64,000 nt of DNA, taken from a virus. Below the pieces are notes generated by a model, which worked only from the letters and a program-made list of their open reading frames with translations, was not told the origin of the DNA and did no database searches. The translations under genes and the position numbers were made by a program. This document shows, one piece after another, positions 42,270 to 52,681 of the stretch (positions are counted from its first letter, which is position 1; every line of letters begins with the position of its first letter). The stretch is from the IMG/VR virus record IMGVR_UViG_3300010399_000040, positions 3,427 through 67,426 of that record. One strand, given 5' to 3'.

Positions 42270-42919
42270 CACCGCGTGGGCATCCTATCGCCGAGCAAGC
42301 GAATGCGGAAGGCGTCTACGATGTGCAGTGCGTCGGCCCTCGCACGGAGGCTGAGGGTCGTCGCATCGTCGAGTACGTCCGTGACCATCCGGAGCTAGCT
42401 GCCGAGTTCGGCGGCATGTGCAACATGGAGGCAGCGGAGCGACTCGGCATCCCACTCGTTGAGAAGTGGACGGACCTCGTTCCGAACACCGTAGTCACTG
42501 TAGGCAAGAACTTAGCTCTGGACACGTTCCTCGCAGGAGCGTCGTACACCGTGACCGGGCCCTACATGGGGCTCATCAGCAGTGTAAGTTACTCGTCCAT
42601 CTCTGCGACCGACACTATGTCGAGCCACGCGGGGTGGTTGGAAGCCGGATCGGCGAATGCTCCGACGTACGCGAGGCCTCGCCCGACCGCTGCGTGGAGT
42701 TCAGCATCGGCTGGTTCCAAGTCGCTCAGCGCCGCTCTGTCGTTCGCCATCACTAGCGCAGGAACTGTCAAGGGTGCGTTCCTCGTCTTCGGCAGTGGTG
42801 CACTGACGCAGATCGACTCCACACCTGGTACTCTGTACTCCGCCGGCCTCTTCACTGGTGGCGACAAGGTCGTCGGCAGTGGCGATACACTCAACGTCTC
42901 TTACTCAGCGAGTATGTGA
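42266..42919 (+). CDS. virion structural protein
   Basis: NTVVTVG, F..GDKVV.SGDTLNVSY pattern of fibre-associated proteins. Confidence 0.55.
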   Translation: MTPRGHPIAEQANAEGVYDVQCVGPRTEAEGRRIVEYVRDHPELAAEFGGMCNMEAAERLGIPLVEKWTDLVPNTVVTVGKNLALDTFLAGASYTVTGPYMGLISSVSYSSISATDTMSSHAGWLEAGSANAPTYARPRPTAAWSSASAGSKSLSAALSFAITSAGTVKGAFLVFGSGALTQIDSTPGTLYSAGLFTGGDKVVGSGDTLNVSYSASM

Positions 42920-43224
42920 TGGCCTATTCAGCAGACAAGAATCTCACCACGTTCCAACGCATGAAGAACCTGTGCGTTGCCCTGCAAAACATCCGCGAAG
43001 AGGCGGTTCGATTGCAGAACGTCCACGATCAGGAAGCGAAGCCTGGCGGTGTCGCCGATGCCGCTTACGTCGATACAGACATCGCAACCGTGGCCGAGTT
43101 TGAGGTGATGTACAGCTATCTCACCGAGTTCCGCGAGTTCAACGACGGCAATGGCCCGACCGCAGGTCTACAGGTCGCACGGTGGGGCCAACTCGTGCCA
43201 TTCATCGACACGACTCCGGCGTAA
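42916..43224 (+). CDS. hypothetical protein
   Basis: coupled ORF. Confidence 0.5.
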   Translation: MMAYSADKNLTTFQRMKNLCVALQNIREEAVRLQNVHDQEAKPGGVADAAYVDTDIATVAEFEVMYSYLTEFREFNDGNGPTAGLQVARWGQLVPFIDTTPA

Positions 43225-43231
43225 ATAAATC

Positions 43232-44533
43232 ATGGCAACGTGGTTCGTCAACTCGAACGCGACCGGTACGAACGCCGGCACGTCCTGGCTCAACGCCTGG
43301 ACGAGCATCGCGTCGGCGACCGGCGTTGCGGCGGGCGACATCGTCAAGGTTGAGTATCGACACTCGGAGACTACGCTTGCTGCGAACGTGAACTTTGCGA
43401 ACGGTACACTTACGTCGCCGGTTCAGATCATCTCATGCGACAAGGACAATTCGGATGCGCTGCGGGCGGGAGCGGTGATCGGCTGGGGCACGTCGGGCGT
43501 CGGTGTACTCGGCAATCTCTACACGTATGGCTGCACGATCCAATCGTCAGCAAATTCGTTGCGGCTCGTTCCGCCGAGCAATGGCCAGCAGGAGCACGAA
43601 AACGCAACCTTAAAAGTGACTGGAACGACTGGCATTTCGCTGGGCGACGGCAGTGCAGCCCGCTGGAAAATGAAGTGGACGAACGCGACATATGACATTT
43701 CCGGCGCGTCGGGAACCGGGGCAATTCTGACCTTAAACCCCAGCACTCAGGGGATTTTCGAGTGGGTCGGCGGAACGTATATTTGCCGATCATCGCAGGT
43801 CTCTCTATTTACCGCGAATGTCCCTTGTGACATTATCTGCCGTGGTGTCAATTTCAGTGGCACCGTGACGAACCTATTCGCCGGAAGCATCAACTCGCCC
43901 TCTCACGTCTGGATGATTGGCTGCGTTCCGCCGACCTACACCAACGTGTTTGGCGCCGCCCCGACGAGCTATTGCGGCCGCATCAACCTCGACGGCTTCC
44001 AGTCCGGCACACTCACCGCGGCGCTGCTTCCGCCGACGCTCGAAGTGGACGTGACGGGCACCATCGCCGCCGACCTGACGCGATACCGCACGGGCGGTGC
44101 AAACGATGGCAGCAACGCCAACGCCTACTCATGGGCGTTCAATACCAACTCGAATGCCGCTCAGTTCACCACGCCGATAACGTCTCCGCCCATCTCTCGC
44201 TGGGTGGCGGCGGGCAGTCACACGGTCACCGTGTACGTCGCGAGCGGCGCAACGCAACACAATGACGATGTTTGGCTGGAGGTGATGAGTCCAAGCGAAG
44301 CAGTCTCGGCGACGGGACAGGCCCGTTACCAATCGACTCGCCGGGCGCCGCTCGCGACTCCGGCCGCGTTGACGACTGACGGCGTGAGTACCTGGACGGG
44401 AACCGGCGTTGGAACATTGCAGAAGATCAGTGTGACGATTAACCCGACCGTAGCGGGTGTCGTGAGCGTGCGGGTGAACGTCGCTGATCCGAGCGTGTCG
44501 GTTTACATCGACCCCAAGCTGGACGTGTCCTAA
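43232..44533 (+). CDS. spike/receptor-binding-like beta-rich protein
   Basis: WFVNSNATGTNAGTSWLNAW start typical of beta-helix proteins; T/G/S-rich. Confidence 0.55.
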   Translation: MATWFVNSNATGTNAGTSWLNAWTSIASATGVAAGDIVKVEYRHSETTLAANVNFANGTLTSPVQIISCDKDNSDALRAGAVIGWGTSGVGVLGNLYTYGCTIQSSANSLRLVPPSNGQQEHENATLKVTGTTGISLGDGSAARWKMKWTNATYDISGASGTGAILTLNPSTQGIFEWVGGTYICRSSQVSLFTANVPCDIICRGVNFSGTVTNLFAGSINSPSHVWMIGCVPPTYTNVFGAAPTSYCGRINLDGFQSGTLTAALLPPTLEVDVTGTIAADLTRYRTGGANDGSNANAYSWAFNTNSNAAQFTTPITSPPISRWVAAGSHTVTVYVASGATQHNDDVWLEVMSPSEAVSATGQARYQSTRRAPLATPAALTTDGVSTWTGTGVGTLQKISVTINPTVAGVVSVRVNVADPSVSVYIDPKLDVS

Positions 44534-44545
44534 AGGAGCGTCCAC

Positions 44546-45196
44546 ATGAGCGCGGAGCGATTCTACGATGGGGTGCAGGTCGGTGAGACGGGGACTGCGG
44601 ACCGGTTTTATCATGGCGGACAGGTTGGGGAGACTGTTAGCGGTGGTACGACCTACAATGTATCGGTTAACGAGAGTGCGTCAGCGACCGACACTGCTAA
44701 CGTGGTAGCGATATACGTCTCCACAGACATGGAAACAGCCGTAGGAACGGATACGTTGAGTGCGTTAGCGACGTACGTCGCATCGCTGAGCGAAGCAGCA
44801 GTCGCTGATGACTCCGTGTTCAACGGTAGCATGGTGTCAGTCGACGTAGCAGAGAGCGTCGCAGCCGCTGACATGGCTAGCGGTACTGCGACGTACGTTG
44901 ACTCAGTTAGCGAAGGTGCGAACGTCAGCGAAGCGATTTCGGCGCTGAGCACTTACGTCGGAGCTATAGCTGAAGTCAGCGTCGCTGACGACGCGGCGTC
45001 GGCAGTCGCGACCTTCGTCGCGACGCTAGCTGAATCTGCCAACGCTGTTGACGTCTACACCCTTACGTCGGGTACTGTCGTCGGCCGAGTGATCGACGTG
45101 ACGGGTGTCGACAGCACGAGCAAACGTACGAGCGGTGTGCGCACGACGCTCAATGTGAAGGGCTTCGACACGACAGACATGGCGGTGGTAGCTTGA
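44546..45196 (+). CDS. repetitive fibre-like virion protein
   Basis: about 19-aa repeats (ATYV..L.E.A.A.D). Confidence 0.55.
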   Translation: MSAERFYDGVQVGETGTADRFYHGGQVGETVSGGTTYNVSVNESASATDTANVVAIYVSTDMETAVGTDTLSALATYVASLSEAAVADDSVFNGSMVSVDVAESVAAADMASGTATYVDSVSEGANVSEAISALSTYVGAIAEVSVADDAASAVATFVATLAESANAVDVYTLTSGTVVGRVIDVTGVDSTSKRTSGVRTTLNVKGFDTTDMAVVA

Positions 45197-45522
45197 CGAA
45201 CCCGCAGGATTTAGAGTGCTCAGCCTTCGAGAGCATCGTCATAACTATGACCATGTCTCCCGTGGAGGACATCACAGGGTGGACGCTGGAAGCGCATTTC
45301 CGCGATCGCCCTGTTGGCAGCACGCCGACTCTGCTCTTGACACGCTCTGGCGTACTCAGCGACCCGACCAACGGCGTCGCGACGTTCGCGATCGTCAGCA
45401 GCGAGACGGGCACGACACTAGGCGCCGGAGACTTCGACTACGACATATGGCGCATAGATGCAGGCTCCGAGAAGCGACTGGTGTGGGGTGAGCTCAGCGT
45501 GAGGGACCAGCAATGGCAGTGA
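45193..45522 (+). CDS. BppU-like fibre adaptor protein
   Basis: DITGWT...DPTNG...FDYDIW...LVWG.L.V. Confidence 0.55.
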   Translation: MTNPQDLECSAFESIVITMTMSPVEDITGWTLEAHFRDRPVGSTPTLLLTRSGVLSDPTNGVATFAIVSSETGTTLGAGDFDYDIWRIDAGSEKRLVWGELSVRDQQWQ

Positions 45523-45950
45523 GGACGAAGGAGAAGGACGTCATTGACTTGCTTGGGGACAACTACGGATTGAAAGCCGACGGTTCGGCGCCAGTAATGA
45601 GGGGCTTCATGCTGACAGCCAATTCGCTCGTCAACCAGATGCTGACGTGCGCCTCGCGGAAGGGCGTGACAGTGAGCGTGAGCGATCAGGAGATCATCGA
45701 GCGTATGCTCTCCGCCCACATGTACATGATGAGCGACAAGGCGTACCAGAGCAGGACCACCGCCGGACGTTCAGGAACTTTCCAGGGGCAGACTGGAATG
45801 CGATTGGAAGCGACTGACTACGGCCAGCAAGCGATGGTCGTCGACCCGTCCGGATGCTTGGAGAACATCAACAAGAGGCAGAAGGCCGGAGGTGCATGGC
45901 TCGGTAAGACCAACGCGGAAGCTCTTGACTACGACCAGAGGATGAGCTGA
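45513..45950 (+). CDS. head-tail adaptor
   Basis: IERMLSAH...T.YGQ.A..DPSG.L. Confidence 0.7.
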   Translation: MAVRTKEKDVIDLLGDNYGLKADGSAPVMRGFMLTANSLVNQMLTCASRKGVTVSVSDQEIIERMLSAHMYMMSDKAYQSRTTAGRSGTFQGQTGMRLEATDYGQQAMVVDPSGCLENINKRQKAGGAWLGKTNAEALDYDQRMS

Positions 45951-46342
45951 TGCCTCCGTTCGAGTCGATGGGGCGGTACACGAGCTTCGTCCTGTGGCCG
46001 GCGATCGGTGTGGGCCCGCGTGGCGAACCGATCGTGTCGGCAGTCCCTCAAAACATCAAGTTGAAGGTCGACGACTCTCAGCGTCGCATGCTCGACGCCA
46101 AAGGAGACGAGGTCGCGCTCGACGGGACAGCGGTAGCGGGACAGAGCATCCCCGTCGGCTCCATCCTGTGGAGGGGCTCGACGGACGACATAAGTGGCAC
46201 TGGATCAGCGGCGTATCCACCCAGTGGATTGCTGCAAGTGAAGCTGTCGTCAGCGAAAGACGACCTCAAGGGACGCAACATCGCGTACGACGTCGGCTAC
46301 ATGAGGTACAACAGCGTGATGCCGTGGAGCTGGAATGGCTAA
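45950..46342 (+). CDS. head closure protein (probable)
   Basis: synteny in neck module. Confidence 0.55.
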   Translation: MPPFESMGRYTSFVLWPAIGVGPRGEPIVSAVPQNIKLKVDDSQRRMLDAKGDEVALDGTAVAGQSIPVGSILWRGSTDDISGTGSAAYPPSGLLQVKLSSAKDDLKGRNIAYDVGYMRYNSVMPWSWNG

Positions 46343-46694
46343 AGTGATGGGCGTACCGAAGCTCGTGGAGCAGCTGAGAGCGAAAGCTGCCGCCGCTCGC
46401 CGCGACGAGGACGTGGACGTCGAAGTGGGGTACACTGCATCGTACGCGATCTACGTCCACGAGAACTTGCAGGCTCACCATCCTCACGGACAAGCGAAGT
46501 TCCTGGAGGCGCCACTGCGAGCGCTCCGTGACGAGCTTATACAGTTAGTGCTCCGAGCGAGGATGCAGGGCCGAACGATGGCACAAGCTCTGCTTATAGC
46601 GGGCCTGCGACTGCAACGCGAATCGCAGCTCCTGTGCCCCATCGACACCGGTAATCTGCGCGCGAGCGCGTTCACGAGGTTGGTGCCCAAGTGA
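46335..46694 (+). CDS. HK97 gp10-like tail completion protein
   Basis: YAIYVHE, GQAKFLE, PIDTGNLRAS. Confidence 0.75.
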   Translation: MAKVMGVPKLVEQLRAKAAAARRDEDVDVEVGYTASYAIYVHENLQAHHPHGQAKFLEAPLRALRDELIQLVLRARMQGRTMAQALLIAGLRLQRESQLLCPIDTGNLRASAFTRLVPK

Positions 46695-47137
46695 GCGACA
46701 CGCTCCTCCACAACCCGAGTCGGATGCTAGTGCAGCTCCTCCTGGACGCTGCGCTGGTCGCGGCGTTTGATGCGACCTCCGGCTGGCCGGCGTTCTGGGA
46801 GGGCATGGCAGACTCGCCCGACGACGCTATCAGCATCACCGACACTTTAGGCATCGCGGAAGGCGTGACGATGCCGGACGGAGCTATACAGGAGCACCAG
46901 GGTTTCCAGCTGCGAGTGAGGAGTTCGCGCCCGCATGACGGCTACACCAAGATAGCGCAGCTGCGTCAGTACTTGTCGGAGAGCGTCGCCAATCAGTTAG
47001 TGAACGTTGACGGCACTCAGTACACCGTCCACGCTGTCACGAAGCTCGGTCCGATACTGCCGCTCGGCAGAGAAGTCCCCGGTTCCAGACGATCCGCCCA
47101 CACTGTGAATGGGCTCGTATCCGTGACAAGGAGATGA
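46691..47137 (+). CDS. tail terminator (probable)
   Basis: PDDAISITDT.G, FQLRVR; synteny. Confidence 0.65.
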   Translation: MSDTLLHNPSRMLVQLLLDAALVAAFDATSGWPAFWEGMADSPDDAISITDTLGIAEGVTMPDGAIQEHQGFQLRVRSSRPHDGYTKIAQLRQYLSESVANQLVNVDGTQYTVHAVTKLGPILPLGREVPGSRRSAHTVNGLVSVTRR

Positions 47138-47141
47138 ACAC

Positions 47142-47618
47142 ATGTCAGCACCTGTAGCGACCCCGCGCGGAGCTCCCTCCGGCATCAAGCTGAAGGAAGG
47201 TCACGCGATAAAGCACACGTTCGGTCGCAACGCCACGATCGAGCTGTGGGAGAAGGGCGTGAAGCCTCCGTCTGTAGATGGTGGCGAACCCGTAGACCAG
47301 ACGACTCAACACAACGTGACGTACGAGACGATGGCGCCTCGCACGCTCATCAAAAACGGACCTGTCACGTTCAAGTGTGCGTACGATCCTTCGATCTACA
47401 CCACGATCATGAACCACGTCAACGTCGAAGACACGTGCACTGAGACGTTTCCCGACGGGTCGACGCTCGCTTACTTCGGCTTCTTGCAGAAGTTCGAGCC
47501 CGACGACGTGGAGATCGGCAAGCAGCCTGAAGCGACCGTCACTATCATCGTGACGAACTGGGATTACGTCGGGAAGGTCGAAGCAGGTCCTGTGATGACG
47601 TCCGTCGCGGGCACTTGA
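47142..47618 (+). CDS. major tail tube protein
   Basis: FPDGST..YFGFL..F.P; synteny. Confidence 0.7.
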   Translation: MSAPVATPRGAPSGIKLKEGHAIKHTFGRNATIELWEKGVKPPSVDGGEPVDQTTQHNVTYETMAPRTLIKNGPVTFKCAYDPSIYTTIMNHVNVEDTCTETFPDGSTLAYFGFLQKFEPDDVEIGKQPEATVTIIVTNWDYVGKVEAGPVMTSVAGT

Positions 47619-47644
47619 CTTCCGCTTCTCCACCCGTATACAAT
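47615..47644 (+). promoter_or_regulatory. internal sigma70 promoter for moron-like gene
   Basis: TTGACT-N18-TACAAT. Confidence 0.5.
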
Positions 47645-47665
47645 GTAGGGTGGAGGTACTACGTC

Positions 47666-47863
47666 ATGAAGAAGTTCTTTCTTGGTCTGTTAGCGAGTCT
47701 GTTGGTCGGCGCGTGGCCGGCTTACGAACTAGCACGGTACTTACGCGAAGCGCGCGATGCGCGTCGCGAACTCGACGAATCGTACGAGCGTGGCGACGAA
47801 CTGTCACGAAAGCAGTACGAAGCGCAACACAGGAGAGTGCAACGTGCCATCTACAGTCCTTAA
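47666..47863 (+). CDS. small membrane-anchored moron-like protein
   Basis: MKKFFLGLLASLLVGAW; GGAGG RBS. Confidence 0.55.
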   Translation: MKKFFLGLLASLLVGAWPAYELARYLREARDARRELDESYERGDELSRKQYEAQHRRVQRAIYSP

Positions 47864-48227
47864 CTTCGACGACTTCGAGGAGATGGTAGTCGGTCCGTTC
47901 TCGCTCCCACGCAGCACGAGCAAGTTCGTGCTCAAAGAACCGTCCGCTGCAGGCAAAGCAACGTTCCGCGATGCGCAGCTGGCGTGCGTCACTTCGCGTG
48001 ATGAGGACAAGCTCTACTTCGGAGCTGGCATCGCTAAGACGGAGCTCGTGCTCGTCCGCGAGTGTCTGTTCGAAGTGCTGGAGAGTGGCGAGCACCGTCC
48101 GGTGTCCAAGGAGTTCGTAGAAGGCCTACCTGACAGAGTGACATCGAAGCTCTACGACGCGATCAAGGAGATGGAGAAAGTCGACCCAAAAGCTTCGTCG
48201 ATCGTAACTACGGATGGTTCCGAGTAG
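47844..48227 (+). CDS. tail assembly chaperone (gpG-like)
   Basis: between tube and tape measure; ends near slippery CCCAAAA. Confidence 0.7.
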   Translation: MPSTVLNFDDFEEMVVGPFSLPRSTSKFVLKEPSAAGKATFRDAQLACVTSRDEDKLYFGAGIAKTELVLVRECLFEVLESGEHRPVSKEFVEGLPDRVTSKLYDAIKEMEKVDPKASSIVTTDGSE

Positions 48228-48553
48228 CAGCGGCGTTGCACTGCACCGTGCGTGAAGCTAAGAAGCGCATGGGTTACAGGGAGTACCTTGGGTGGCTGGA
48301 GTTCCTGGACAGGGAGGTGCGAAGTCCTTGGCGTGCTACGGACTTGTACTTGGTGTCTTTGGCGAGGGAAGTTCGGCAGAAGTTGAGTTCGCGAGTCGTG
48401 CCATTCAAAGAGATGCTCCTCAGACACGAGGAGCCTATCACGGAAGTTCACGTAGCGGATCTGACGCGACACGCTAAGAACGTCGCTCTTGGCAGGTTGC
48501 AAGGCATGCAGGTAACGGAGGTACGAGTGCGGAGGTCCGAGCTTGGCAGCTGA
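48191..48553 (+). CDS. tail assembly chaperone -1 frameshift extension (gpT-like)
   Basis: open -1 frame W.RVAAALHCTVREAKKRMGYREYLGW. Confidence 0.7.
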   Translation, partial: SFVDRNYGWFRVAAALHCTVREAKKRMGYREYLGWLEFLDREVRSPWRATDLYLVSLAREVRQKLSSRVVPFKEMLLRHEEPITEVHVADLTRHAKNVALGRLQGMQVTEVRVRRSELGS

Positions 48554-50834
48554 CACTGAACTTGAGAGCATGGTCGTCCGGCTCGTCGGAGACGGGTCGT
48601 CGTACGTCAAGATGCTGCAGGACGCTCAGGCGCAAGCCACGCGCACGGCTCCTGTAGTCGAAGAACTTTTCCAGAAAATGGAGCGAGCAGCCAAGAGTGC
48701 ACTCGGCGTGGTAACTCAGCTAGGCGTCGGTGTCGGCGTGTGGGAAAGCTTCATGAAGTCCGCCGAAGCCGAGCGGAACATGGTGAAGCTCAAAGCTGCC
48801 ATCGAAGGTAACGGAGCCGCAGTCACTCGCACGACGGAGGATTACCTCAAGTTCGCCAAGGCTATGAGCGAGACGACGCTCATATCCAAGGGTGAGACGC
48901 TCGCGATGCTCAAGAAGGCCGAAGCTTTCGGCCTCACCGGAGAGGCAGCTAAGAAGGCGGCGCAGCAGGCGATACAGTTAGGGGCTGCTGGCGACGTCGA
49001 CGCGGAGAGCGCCTTGCGAGTGACTGCTGCGCTCAACAAAGGGGACATCGAGCGAGCCATGCACATGGCGAGGCTCATCCCTCAGCTTCGCGGCATACGC
49101 GACTCCACGGAGTTCCTCACTGTAGCCAACAGGTTGTTCGCCACCGGGCAGAAGACTCTGGCCGCCGAGATGGAGACTAGCAGTGGTCAGTTGGAGCATA
49201 TGGAGCACCAACTCGCTGCCGTCACGAAGGAGTTCGGAGCTTCGTTGGCGATAGGCATCAAACCCGCTGTCGGCTACGCTAAGGAGCTGACGGAGAAGTG
49301 GACGGAGCTCGATGATCGCACGAAGAAACTCGCTATGAACCTGCTGGCGTTGACCGCCGGCGTCGGCGGGTTGTCCAAAGTAGCCCCCATCGCAGTCGCG
49401 CAGATGCGCGCTCTGGCGCTCGCTTGCGCCGCTAACCCCTATGTCGCTCTCGCAGCTGTCGTGGTAGGCGTCGGCGTAGCGATGCATGCTCTGGCTATGG
49501 AAACATCCGGAGCGAACAAAGCTTTGGACGAACTGAACGCTTCACTCAAGAGGGGTAAGGAGCTACGGGATGCGGCTGCTTCCTCACGCGACACTCTGAT
49601 ACAGGAGATGGTGACTAAGGCCAAAGTCACTGGAGACAAATCCGGTCTAGAAGCGATGGCTAAGGACGTCGACAAGAGCATAGCGCAAGCCGAGCGCGAC
49701 ATAGAGAAGTTTAAAGCTAAGGTAGACGAGATCGGCAAATCCGGTGGAGCGATCGGTCGCCTGCTAGGTATACGCAGCGAAGATCGCGACGAAGCGAAGC
49801 GTGCGATGGATGAAGCGAAGAACCGCCTCGAACAAGCGCAGAAAGACAAGAAGGAATTGGACAAAGGCATCAATCCGCTCGGCATCGACAAGTCACAATC
49901 GCTCGAAGTTCGCAACGCTGTGCTGGACACCACTAAGAAGCTCAAGGACATGCGCGATGCACTCGGTCTGACCGCTGAGCAAGCTGAGGTGTTCAAGCTT
50001 AAGCAGATGGGCGCGACTGACGCCCAACTCCGAGAAGCAGAGGCTATACGCAAGGAGATAACTGAGTATAACAGGCTCAACAAAGAGACGGAGGACATAA
50101 TAGCGCGACGTAAGGCTATCGTCGACAGCATCGTAGAAGTGCAGCAAGCGACGACGGAGGAGATAGCTACGATGTACATGTCAGCGTCGCAGATCGCGGT
50201 GTACAAGTTGCAAGTGAAAGGAGCGACCGACGGGCAGTTGGAGATGGCGAAGTCGCTGCTAGCGACCCGCGACGCTTGGAAGGCTTACCACGACTTGCAG
50301 GACAGAGCGAAGCAACTGACTGAGCAATTCGCGTCACCTCTCGACAAGTACAAGCAGAAGGTCCAAGAGCTGCAGAATGTGTACGAGCAAGGCATGGTCA
50401 CGACGGACATCTTCAACGCTGGACTCAAGAGCGCTAAGGACGACCTGGACAGCGCGACGAAGGCTGCCGAAGGGACCAAAAGCGCGATGGACCATCTCGA
50501 CGCGACTCTCAACCACACGGCAGCATCGCAAGCTAAAGTCGAGGACTTCCTGTCTAAGCACCGCGAGAACGTGCTGGCTACTCGCTCGGCTGATCGGCTG
50601 ACGAGCGAGCTTTTCCCGAAGTCCGCCGGACCTGCTAACATAGGACCTCAGTACCCTCCTGGGTACGGGCATTACGACGCTCATCCGCCGGTCGGACAAG
50701 GGCGGATCGGTAAAGAGATGGTGGAAGCTCTGCTCCCATGGCTCAAGCAGATCGCAGGTGGCACTGGCGACACCGCGAAATCGCTGTCGAGTATCGGAGC
50801 TCAACCTCTACTGGACCTCGTAGGTGGCAGCTAG
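48543..50834 (+). CDS. tape measure protein
   Basis: 763 aa Ala-rich helical protein with central hydrophobic segment; synteny. Confidence 0.85.
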   Translation: MAADTELESMVVRLVGDGSSYVKMLQDAQAQATRTAPVVEELFQKMERAAKSALGVVTQLGVGVGVWESFMKSAEAERNMVKLKAAIEGNGAAVTRTTEDYLKFAKAMSETTLISKGETLAMLKKAEAFGLTGEAAKKAAQQAIQLGAAGDVDAESALRVTAALNKGDIERAMHMARLIPQLRGIRDSTEFLTVANRLFATGQKTLAAEMETSSGQLEHMEHQLAAVTKEFGASLAIGIKPAVGYAKELTEKWTELDDRTKKLAMNLLALTAGVGGLSKVAPIAVAQMRALALACAANPYVALAAVVVGVGVAMHALAMETSGANKALDELNASLKRGKELRDAAASSRDTLIQEMVTKAKVTGDKSGLEAMAKDVDKSIAQAERDIEKFKAKVDEIGKSGGAIGRLLGIRSEDRDEAKRAMDEAKNRLEQAQKDKKELDKGINPLGIDKSQSLEVRNAVLDTTKKLKDMRDALGLTAEQAEVFKLKQMGATDAQLREAEAIRKEITEYNRLNKETEDIIARRKAIVDSIVEVQQATTEEIATMYMSASQIAVYKLQVKGATDGQLEMAKSLLATRDAWKAYHDLQDRAKQLTEQFASPLDKYKQKVQELQNVYEQGMVTTDIFNAGLKSAKDDLDSATKAAEGTKSAMDHLDATLNHTAASQAKVEDFLSKHRENVLATRSADRLTSELFPKSAGPANIGPQYPPGYGHYDAHPPVGQGRIGKEMVEALLPWLKQIAGGTGDTAKSLSSIGAQPLLDLVGGS

Positions 50835-51843
50835 CCTTCAGAACACCACCGGTGTGCGTACCTACTCCGCTAAGCGAGACAAGGACGGGTACACCGATTA
50901 CAAAGTAGTCTTCCGCGTCAACGTCGACAAGGACGACGGACCCGGCGTAGCTATGAACTGCCCAGGTCTTCCGATCCCGGGTTCAGCGTGGGACTTCGAA
51001 GGCGACAGCGACGAGTGGGCGTACTGCACGTGGGAGATGACTGCGAGTCCGGTGCAGAAGCCAGATGACATAATAAAGCAGTTCGACGTGGAAGTGATGT
51101 TCACTACGCGACCAATGTCGAAGTACTGTCGCGAAGTCCGGTTCGAGGATCCGCTGTTGGAACCGCCTCGCATCTCAGGAAGCTTCATAAAGTACACCGA
51201 AGAAGCGTCGTACGATCGCTTCGGTCAGCCGATCGTGAACAGCGCTAACGAACGCATGCGAGGTCCGCAGACGGAGTTCGACAAGAGCCGCAACGCTATC
51301 AGCGTAGAGCAGAACGTGCTCGACTTGGAACTCGACCTCTTGTCGCAGATGAACGACACTGTCAACGAAGCTCCCATGTGGGGACTCCCTGCCCGTTGCA
51401 TAAAGCTCACTGTCGGCCCATGGGAGAAGAAGTACATCGGAGCTTGCTGCGCTTACTACACGCGCAAGTTCGACTTCGAGACTAACGTCGTGGTCGACCC
51501 CGAGACAGGAGAAGTCAGCTCCGGCTTCGACCGCGACTTGCTGGACGAAGGCACCAAGTGTCTGCGCGGAGATTGGGACCGCGATCCAGCGTCGCTCACG
51601 TACGGCGCTTTCAAGCTAGCTGACGGCGTCGACGGCACCAAGTCGTCCGACTTCATGCGGTTCAAGGATTGGAACGGGGAACTCGGCAAGGTCATACTCG
51701 ACGGATTCGGCAAACCTATACACGAGGCTATCGGCACTGGCAGCGGCACCGGGGACGCTGTACCGACTAGCCCAGGAAACGTCCACGTCGAGAAGTACGA
51801 CGAGTCGGACTTCTTCCTGTTGGGCATACCTACGGAGTTTTAA
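50824..51843 (+). CDS. tail tip protein
   Basis: follows tape measure. Confidence 0.55.
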   Translation: MAASLQNTTGVRTYSAKRDKDGYTDYKVVFRVNVDKDDGPGVAMNCPGLPIPGSAWDFEGDSDEWAYCTWEMTASPVQKPDDIIKQFDVEVMFTTRPMSKYCREVRFEDPLLEPPRISGSFIKYTEEASYDRFGQPIVNSANERMRGPQTEFDKSRNAISVEQNVLDLELDLLSQMNDTVNEAPMWGLPARCIKLTVGPWEKKYIGACCAYYTRKFDFETNVVVDPETGEVSSGFDRDLLDEGTKCLRGDWDRDPASLTYGAFKLADGVDGTKSSDFMRFKDWNGELGKVILDGFGKPIHEAIGTGSGTGDAVPTSPGNVHVEKYDESDFFLLGIPTEF

Positions 51844-51845
51844 CT

Positions 51846-52292
51846 GTGTCCAAGGAGATAACTGTACGTACTTCGCTCCGCGTCAGCAACGGGGCGATGG
51901 TGTACCAGCAGCCGTGTCCTACGCAGTACCAAGTAGATCAAGCGAACTTGGGCGGTGCGACGCCTGGCCAGCTCAACGTCACTGTGAAGGGCGTCGCTGT
52001 CGACTTGTCAGAGCTGACTTTACCGGGCGTGGTGCTCATGGTCAACCTCGATCCGACCAACTATGTAGAGTTCGGTATCTACTCACCCTCTATTTTGGAG
52101 TTCTTCCCGCTCGGAGAACTTCGTCCTGGCGATCCACCGGCATTGTTCCGGCTGAGTCGCAACCTCTCGGAGCAGTACTATGGCACAGGAACAGGAACTA
52201 CCGGAGGAGGAGAGTCAAATCAGCTCTACCTCAAAGCGAACGGACCGACGGGGACTATCTGCAAAGTCATCGTCGACGCGTTCGAAGCTTAG
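51846..52292 (+). CDS. tail-region protein
   Basis: synteny. Confidence 0.5.
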   Translation: MSKEITVRTSLRVSNGAMVYQQPCPTQYQVDQANLGGATPGQLNVTVKGVAVDLSELTLPGVVLMVNLDPTNYVEFGIYSPSILEFFPLGELRPGDPPALFRLSRNLSEQYYGTGTGTTGGGESNQLYLKANGPTGTICKVIVDAFEA

Positions 52293-52680
52293 CATCGTCG
52301 AGAACATCTATTTCCACGAACCGAATGCGCAGCCTACTGGCGTGACCAGCAGGTTCCAGCGAGAGTTGGAGTCCGATGACTTACCGTACGGACCTCGACG
52401 GATGAAAGTCACTGAAGAATGGCAACCACTGGACACAGGGTGGATCGACTCGCCGTCGCTCATCCGCATCGAGAACTTGGAGGGCGTGTTCCAGCAGCGC
52501 ATCCCCACCGTCGAGCAAAGGACAGTCGCCGCCGAGAAAGTAGTCGAGGTAGGTCGCGACGGTGTAGCGTACGCGTTGGTGCGACCGACGTGCGTAGAAC
52601 GTATCGTTCCAGCGACTGTGCTGTGCGTACGATGCCGCAGAGGTGAAGCTTCCATCTTAGTCACTGCGTATCCGAGGTAG
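52180..52680 (+). CDS. tail-region protein (start uncertain)
   Basis: synteny; IRIENL motif similar to LMVNLD of the previous gene. Confidence 0.45.
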   Translation: MAQEQELPEEESQISSTSKRTDRRGLSAKSSSTRSKLSIVENIYFHEPNAQPTGVTSRFQRELESDDLPYGPRRMKVTEEWQPLDTGWIDSPSLIRIENLEGVFQQRIPTVEQRTVAAEKVVEVGRDGVAYALVRPTCVERIVPATVLCVRCRRGEASILVTAYPR

Positions 52681-52681
52681 G

